Source of the DNA: Lenisia limosa
Taxonomy: Eukaryota; Protista; Breviatea
NCBI GenBank assembly: GCA_001655205.1
Contig: LPNZ01010610.1
Coordinates: forward strand, 21,631 to 85,630
Direction of reading: 5' to 3'
DNA length: 64,000 nucleotides
Positions 56,573 through 64,000 of this stretch are shown here, in pieces. Each line of letters opens with the position of its first letter. Positions within the stretch are counted from its first letter, which is position 1. Made by a program: the position numbers and the translations under genes. Below the pieces are notes generated by a model. That model worked only from the letters and a program-made list of their open reading frames with translations, had not been told where the DNA came from and ran no database searches.

Positions 56573-59127
56573 CTACACCACAAGGTCTTGACTTGCCAAA
56601 TATGCCATGTAGGCCTTGTAGTCCAAGCGGCTTTGATTCGGGTTCAGAACCTGACGAATAAAACTGAATAGTAAGTGGACGTGAAATACAATCTTAACAT
56701 AAACAGTTTTTTTTAAAAAATTAAACATCATTACCCCCCCTCCCCCACGATCCGTCTTGAATATAAATACAACGGTCAGCATAGCACTCCAGATCAGGGT
56801 TATGCGTCACCTGGATGGTGAAATAATGTGGATCGCAGTAAATAGAAAATGTTAATGATTGTTCCACCCTTCCGAAATACTGCCCAATAGCCGGCCATAT
56901 CTCACCATAATACAGGTGGTTCCAATCCCATTGTTGATGCTTAATAGCAGATCCATAATTTCAATGGTGTTGAGAGTGTCGAGATCTCCGCTGGAAAATG
57001 AGGATACAGATAGGTATGATACATATCATATCATACACTATAAACTTTGGAAGCAGAAGAGCTACGACGACGGGGGTAGCAATGAAACAGTTACCAATGA
57101 AGTAGCTTAACGGTACGATATCAGACAATAACTCAGTTGCCTGTTGTTATGCTTATGTATGCATAGGTGTGCTTCTTTTGATGCAGTATAACACTGCTAA
57201 GGATTTGGTTCACTGGGAATAATATTATGGTTATATCCAATGCAGTGACATCGTAAGGTTACGTAACTTCAGGATGCTATTTATAAAACAGAAGAATTTG
57301 ACAAATGACTGCTCTTTTACAAGCTTTCCTTCGATAAATGAAGAAATGTAGACTAGTTGCAATCCCTGAATGACATTGACACCCACGTTGGTTCGTCAAG
57401 AAGTAGCAGATCGGGGTCATTCGCCAAAGCTCGAGCAATTGTCCTGTATAGTCACAAAATTAAGGTCAACAATACCCCTGGTCAAAGGAAAGCACTCATC
57501 CTCAAACACTCGCTGCTGTTCACCCCCGGAAAGTTCTGAAGGTAAATGGTTCACTCTGTCTTGGAGGCCGACACCTAAAATAGAATGAGACCGATAGCTA
57601 TTATTTATTATACATTAAGCATGGATTGCTTTATCAAGAGAGTACAAGCTAGAAATCAAAGTCGGAGTTAAACCCGCATCGCGTACTTTTGAGGAGTTCT
57701 AACGCCTTCTCCTTGCGCTGTTTCTCGTTAAGTTGACCAGTCAAGGTCATTGGGAGCTAAGACTCTTTAAAAAAAAAATACACTGATTTAGTCTGGGAGG
57801 GTGCTGAAAAAGAGAATTTGATTCCCCATAGGAAGAACTACATGTAACTATAATATCACAGAGACTTGTAACTACTACTATATCATATAGTCATATTATA
57901 CATACCATTTCATAATATGATATCCATAATACATGAAAAAACTACATACCTCCACGTTCTCAAACGCCGACATTGTAGCAAGGAGGTTGAATGTTTGGAA
58001 CACAAAACCTGAAAGATGAGTTTGAGATGAATATCACGATGTTCAATATCGATATATGAAGATAGCTTCAAATTGAAAAAGCAAGCCGTTGAATCGAGTT
58101 TGCATTATATCAAAATCACAAGAACATTGTAGTTTATTTACAGATTCCAGTTTACCAATCTTATGAAGCCGTAGATCGGCCAAATGGTCATCAGAACACT
58201 CGCTGTTCACAAGTGAGCCAAAAAGTTCTAAAATAATAACAACGCATAATCAGGAGACCAATGAGAAGCAAATGGGGAAAGATCTATTTATCCAATGTTG
58301 ATATTACTGTACGACTTACCAAGTTTTATAAAATTTTCAAAATGAGTCCATTTCAAAAATGTTGGATTTTTTCTAACACATCATTGAAATCACACTATTA
58401 TTGGAGTGTAACAAGGATCTCAACCACCAACCGATTTCACCCTCACTTGGCCTGTCTAAAGTGCCCAGCGCGTGCAAAAGGGTGCTTTTCCCTCCTCCTG
58501 AGGGCCCCCTTGATTCATAAAAAATGGCACTAATCGTAAAATCCAACAGCATCATCAAAAAAATCAGGAAAAGAGGGAAAATCCAGTCCCCAGTACAGTT
58601 CATTTCAATAACTAGTCTGGTCTTACTTATAGAATCCAGAATACCCATCCAGTTCCCCTGGAATGCAGAAATGCCCAAACGCCTCACCTCAACATCACGA
58701 ATTCTCCCCTACAAGTTGAGAAACAATGACAATATAGTATTCTAAGGAGCAGGTCAAAATTGAGTCTTAAGATGAAAAACCCTGAAAAAAAAAGCCAAAA
58801 CAACTTGCACAACCAAAAAGAGAAATCTTAAAGAATATATTACTCATTCGCCACGATATGACACTACCCCCCCGAGCTGAGGCCCACTTTCGAACGGGAA
58901 AGAACTCGCTGTTATCATCCACATGGATATCTGCGAGGGCCACAATCTCATCCTGTCGTCCTGCCAAGGCAAACCCTGTGAAGAAGTTACATACTGAAAG
59001 AGAACCGGATTCAAAATGGAAAACCAAAAAGTGAGAAAACAATGCGAGACATACTCTTTGAGAGATGCTTTATTTTCACAACTGCTTCGCCAAGTGGCTT
59101 CCTGAACTCACTAAGCATCACCTCCAT
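56573..59127 (-). CDS. Stand-alone ABC ATPase of the LolD/MacB/FtsE-like family (Dictyostelium abcH-type); start approximate
   Basis: ALADIHVDDNSEFFPVRK; Walker A GPSGGGKSTLLHALGTLDRPSEG; GFVFQTFNLLATMSAFENVE; ELSGGEQQRV; Walker B LLLLDEPT; VTHNPDLECYADR. No TM domain. Confidence 0.92.
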
Positions 59128-59327
59128 GATGATTGTCTGATCCTGAAGGTACTCTCCCCTTATCCGTTATCCGTATAGTTACTATGTGATTATTATTAAC
59201 TATTATTTATTTTTTTAAAAGGTTGGTGGCGGTGGCCATGTTCACAAGTTTTCGGTTTTGGTAGGGTATTAAACAAGTGTGACGGATCCCCTAGGTAATA
59301 TTAATGGAAAAATACCTCCTATCCCGA

Positions 59328-59411
59328 TCCGCCGCCGGGTCCTCCTATAGAGAAGCTGAAATCGGAGTTAGACCCGCCGGCTGCCGCCGGCAAATAGGAT
59401 ACTGCGGCGGA
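59328..59411. other. GC-rich three-way-junction structured element (candidate cis-regulatory RNA or ncRNA)
   Basis: Pairings: tccgccgc(59328-35)/gcggcgga(59404-11); cgggtc(59336-41)/gacccg(59371-76); ctcc/ggag; ccggc/gccgg capped by a tetraloop that reads GGCA (GNRA) on the minus strand. Confidence 0.5.
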
Positions 59412-59538
59412 CGAATTGCGATGATTGCGAATTACATAGACAATATATATATAATAATCAGAGTCAGTATTATATATATATAATATATACATATAATTTT
59501 GTTGTTTTGCTGTGTATTGGAGATCGCCCAAACTAACC

Positions 59539-62248
59539 ATGCAAGCGTCACTTTGGGGTGTTATTCTCTTCGTTTTGTCATTAACGACTGTGGTATTGAG
59601 GTATGCAAGCCAGCAACCACTCTCCCCCTCTGCCACCTTGATATTCCTAGCGAATCTCACCTTTTAGTTCAGTGAATGTTGACCAAGCAGGAGTGTTAGT
59701 ATCAGATAAGGCACATTTCACTGATCTTGTGGTTGATAGTGAGGGGGGGGGGGTATTCATACCACTAGAGACAACAGAGGGATTTGAACCCTGGAGCCTG
59801 TAAGCAATCCACCTCCCGAGCAGGATTCAGCTAATTTCAAAACAGTATTTAGCGAAAATATTTTGTTAAGTACAAAATGAGCGCACTTTACTCAACAGAC
59901 CATGAATGGGTGCCTCGTGCGGAGTTTGAGTCTGTTGTGAGCAGCCTCCAAGCGTCCATTGCTAACCTAACCTGTGAGCCCCTTTCCTTTGTTGTTATTC
60001 GAAAATACTCGGTTTATTATTCTTATATTACTTGAGTCTCATTGCTGTAGCTGCTTTGGATAGCATGACCGCCATGCACGCATCCTGTAAAGACACCTTG
60101 AATTTTCAGAAGGCTCTTGGCAATACCCCAGGAAGCGGTGTCTATACTATCTTGGATAATGTACAGGTGAGCCGTCCCCCTAATCATTTATTTTTGACGT
60201 TTTCACTACATTCCATTTTCCTTCAGCAATGTAACCAGCCAGAAGGGTTCATGTCGATTATGTTAAATAACAATACACCCGTTTCACCAATTCCGACAGG
60301 TGTACTGTGACATGACCACTGACGGCGGCGGATGGACGTTTGTAGCTCGAGGCTCCGACCAACCAACCGTGGCTACTCAGTTCGGAACGGTGCGGTGTAG
60401 GGTATCAGAATAGCTAAAAAAAACTATCACAAACCCTCCTTAAACTTAGACTGTTGGACAACTTTTTTTCATCCAGCAACATTGACTTTTAATGCGAGAG
60501 ACCATTAGTTTTTTTGAAGGTCAATGGTTTGTTCTTTTTTAATTTTTCTTTTACTTTTCACTATTTATACCCCAGGTCCACATATAAAATAGAGCCAAAA
60601 TGAAAGTGGCTGTGTAGTTATGTTAGGTATCCATTATAACACAGAGAACAACAAGTCGACTTGTAAAGTGAACACAAGTAGCTTTGGTGTCCAAGTGATC
60701 GCAAATTAAGACGCTAATGCGCTCACTCTTCGACTAAATATGATTGGCAGCACTAAATGCAGGACACACAACGGAATTGAATCTTAAACTTTAACAAGAG
60801 AGCTACAAAGAACCTAAGAAAATATCCAAGAGACTTTCATCCATCCTAGAAGTTCTCAACTTGTGTCAACTTTCTGCTTCCTTTCTAAGTCTCCCGCCTC
60901 TCATCATTTGCAAATAACTTTATACATTGGGGAACAACTTTTTTGAGCGGTTAGAGCGAATATTGAAAACTTCAAACAACTAATGGTCTCTCGCTTCAAA
61001 TGGATTACAAGTAGATTCTATTTTTATTTCGTGATAGGGCTTTCATTGAGCTCAAAAGTTATTTACTCTTTGCGTTTTGGAGCTAGAGATATTTCTTTGC
61101 TAAAGTAGTCTCATTGTCCTAGATCTCATCCGACCCGACCCAAATGACCAAGTTCCACTTTAGCAATGCGGATGTTGAGCTCATTGCTGGGGTAGGGTTC
61201 TTCTCTTCTATAAGACATTTGTTGTATTTAGATGAGTTTTGATATTTTCTTCTAACTGCTTCTTCTACCTCTTGTGACTCACTAGGCTACCCCAGAAGTT
61301 TACTTGACCATCGGCGAAGGATCTGTAGATTCGTATGGAGGCTTAGCTGCCGAAGATGGTGAGCTGAGGCGGCATGATCAGTTCTTTCATGTTCTTGTCT
61401 AATGCTATATTACTCTCTAAAAATATCAATATTTATCGAGGATGTGTTGTATGTTTTAGTTTTTTCAGTGAAACCTCCATACGGGAATCTCGATAATGGT
61501 TTAGGAATGTTCCGTGTGAGGAAGGAGACGGGGCCTGTTACGTTCGATTCAAGGATGTGGCATTATTATGGTGGGTAGGCTTTATTTCGGCACTGCAGAG
61601 ACGTAATAAGCAGTGTTTGAACAACTAATATTTTGTTATGTTTCACATGTTTATATCACGCATTTAGGACGCACTTCTAGTGGATATACTGTTGAAAGTA
61701 CGAGTGTGTGTAGCACAACAGATGTGGGACCTTGCTTCCAACCAGAGAGTGCAAGTACTTGTTGCGAGGTGGGGGACTATGTTCATTTTTGTCTTTTAAA
61801 ACACGGTTGAGTCACTTTCCTTTAGAGAAACACACAAGGTGACTGGATCAACTGCGCACAGGCAAGCCTAGGGAGGGTATGACGGCAGATAATAGATAGG
61901 TGCACGTCGGTCAAAAAAAAACGATAGTGCTCCAGTTTTTTGGAGGTTTCAACTTGGGACCAAAGGGAAACCCTATAAAAAACATGTTTTAGCACCACCC
62001 CCCTTTTTTTTTTGTTTGGGCCAAAAAGGCTGGATTTCTCGATATATCCCCATAGCTATCGATATTTTCAAGGTCTATTTGGAAGCTCTATTCTCGACAC
62101 TTACTGACCCCTTTATGAATATACGAAACAACAATAAAACTTCACAATCCAGGAAGGACAGTGGTCTGCGTCTAACTCTGGCAACCAGCATCTCAGGTGC
62201 AAGGCTGACACCAATATTAACAATGGGCTGTTAATGTTTGTTCGTTAA
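59539..62248 (+). CDS. Secreted fibrinogen-related-domain (FReD/intelectin-like) protein
   Basis: Signal peptide MQASLWGVILFVLSLTTVVL; AEFESVVSSLQASIANLT; HASCKDTLNFQKALGNTPGSGVYTILDNVQVYCDMTTDGGGWTFVARG; probable end NINNGLLMFVR*. Confidence 0.8.
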
Positions 62249-62522
62249 TTGGTTTGTAATATGTATTCATCAACCAACATGCATGAAGTGAATATTGATT
62301 TGTAAACACATGAAGTATTCTGGTGTTGTGTTTTTTCAGAGATTAGGAAATATCTTCAATTATTTTCAACATTTGAGATGTTGGTACGCTGGAGTGATGG
62401 GATGTGGTAATGCAGAAGTGGTCTGGGCCTTTTTTTTGTTTTCATTTAATCTGTGTTTCAAGCTAACAGAGTTGATTTCCAATCATAATTCAAAATAAAT
62501 ATCACAAGCAGAAAGGAGGAAG

Positions 62523-63664
62523 CTAAAGTAGACAGCACCGGGATGATGGCGGTTCAATATCATCCTCCTTCACGGGTACACAACCAATGGTCTCGATCTC
62601 CTCACCTGCTGGGTTGTCCTGTAAGATTAAAACAACAGGCATGACCTGGTGAACAATAAACGATATTGGAGCCGTTAAAAAAAAAAAAAATTGTCATTTC
62701 TGATTTATGTTCGCCTTCAACCTCATAGATCCGTTGGATGATTTGAATAAACTTGTCCCGTGAAGTTGTGATTGAAGAGACGGAATTGATTTCAAGATGG
62801 GGGAAGGCCTCCTTGACATCCTGGTTTGGTAAAGTCGTGATATTAAGTTGAAAACGCATTTGCATCGAGATTTATTGTTAGCATGAGGCAACACAACATT
62901 TTTTTAAGTGGAAGCATACATACCTCTTGAAATACCTGCTGAATCCCAGCTTCGGCGTCACACATTGTGAGCCAAACCTGGTATGGAGCCTTCAGGTTGT
63001 AGTGTTTCAAACTGGCTGCCGCGTTAACGGCCCATTCTAGGCTGTTCTGCGGCAGTTAAAGGACTCTGGTGAATGGAGCGCAGCAAAATCGCAAACAATT
63101 ACCGACTTTATCAGTAGAATTAACGAGAAGTACAATTGCTTGACTTATTCGGGCGATGCGGAAGATGGCACTAAAACGTGAAAAAGTAAGGTGACTGGTA
63201 CAGGTGGTCAACTACCCATTGTCCAAAAAGTGCAGTGCACCATTTCCCCATTAATTCAGTAACTAAATCCAACTCACTTATAGGTTAAGTCCCCAATAAA
63301 GCAGGGCTTGAGAAGATACACCCTTGTGCCATCAGGTCCTGGTAGAGATACTCCAGGCCAATAAGCTGAAGGAATATGAGACAAGTATTGGTTATTCAGC
63401 CGTTTTAAAACACAAAGTTTAGAAAAGAACATCAATGTGCAAAAAAAGATGGTCCACAGAAGCCTACCATATATTGGCGGCTCAAAACCGTGCGAAAACT
63501 TGTCTTCAAGGATTTTGTGTATCAAACAATTCTGAATAATATTAATACAGTCTGTTTTAGCTTTGCAGTTCAATAGCATAACAGGAATATAGGAAAATAA
63601 AAATCATGTACCCCCAAACAATTCCACATTTTCGAGAACCAAGGAAAAGCAATTTGTAAGACAT
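62523..63664 (-). CDS. Ras-superfamily-like small GTPase with degenerate G-boxes and a C-terminal CAAX (candidate pseudo-GTPase)
   Basis: Spliced model: MSYKLLFLGSRKCGINCLIHKILEDKFSHGFEPPIYAYWPGVSLPGPDGTRVYLLKPCFIGDLTYNAIFRIARISQAIVLLVNSTDKNSLEWAVNAAASLKHYNLKAPYQVWLTMCDAEAG...NSVSSITTSRDKFIQIIQRIYE...PPSSRCCLL*. Confidence 0.7.
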
Positions 63665-64000
63665 TCCAGCGGTGACTACTGTATAATCAGAGTCTTACTT
63701 CAACTTTGAATACAGCAAAATGATGGGGGGAATTAAGATTATATTATGTAATCCAATATATCTATAATCGTGATGGTGGACAGCTTCTGTTAGATAACAC
63801 CTATTTTATCTCATCTCTATAGATGAATTGAAATATCCTTATGGTAAACCGACATCGGTATGTGATTCCAAATTGTAGTAAAAGGTATCACTACCAATCT
63901 TACATCTTACGGCTGTCTTACGGTTTCAAAGTTTCGTAAAACATAGTTGAGCAGGAGAGCGTACCTAAGTTGCTGGTGGCTTGTCCATAGGGGGGGGGGG

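Noticed and set aside
59328-59411. TPP riboswitch, HDV-like or hammerhead ribozyme, or 7SL identity for the structured element
   Set aside because: Only superficial words match (ctgaaa, acccg, caaatagga). The TPP P4/P5 core, the HDV L3/P1.1, the hammerhead CUGAnGA/GAAA core and the SRP helix-8 motifs are absent.
59770-59835. tRNA gene on the minus strand (perfect B-box ggttcaaatcc with an A-box-like tagctgaat at tRNA-like spacing)
   Set aside because: Acceptor, D and anticodon stems do not pair. At most a decayed tRNA/SINE-like remnant in an intron; tRNAscan-SE would settle it.

Overview
Compact, intron-dense eukaryotic genomic DNA, with short exons and GT-AG introns mostly about 35-200 nt long. 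It is probably from a non-animal, non-plant microbial eukaryote, but the taxon cannot be fixed from sequence alone. Hand-splicing gives about 18 genes in the standard genetic code: Dispatched-like transporter (partial), a very large Cys-rich multi-pass receptor-like protein, a secreted LamG protein, a secreted GH14 beta-amylase, three divergent secreted fibrinogen-related-domain (FReD) proteins, WDR3/UTP12, AIDA, RWDD4, a DOC/APC10-like protein, an LPCAT-type acyltransferase, a large orphan, an AlaX editing protein, a secreted phage-tail-collar protein, an extended SDR lacking YxxxK, a stand-alone LolD/abcH-type ABC ATPase and a CAAX-tailed small GTPase with degenerate G-boxes. From 5 kb onward the genes alternate strand strictly. 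Non-coding features include a repeated introner-like intron family, several MITE or fold-back elements, recurrent tandem duplications of splice sites, polarised G-run/C-run introns (next to most of the 17 assembly gaps) and a GC-rich three-way-junction RNA candidate. No rRNA, true tRNA or CRISPR array was found. All gene models are manual; internal exons are not listed and some ends are approximate.
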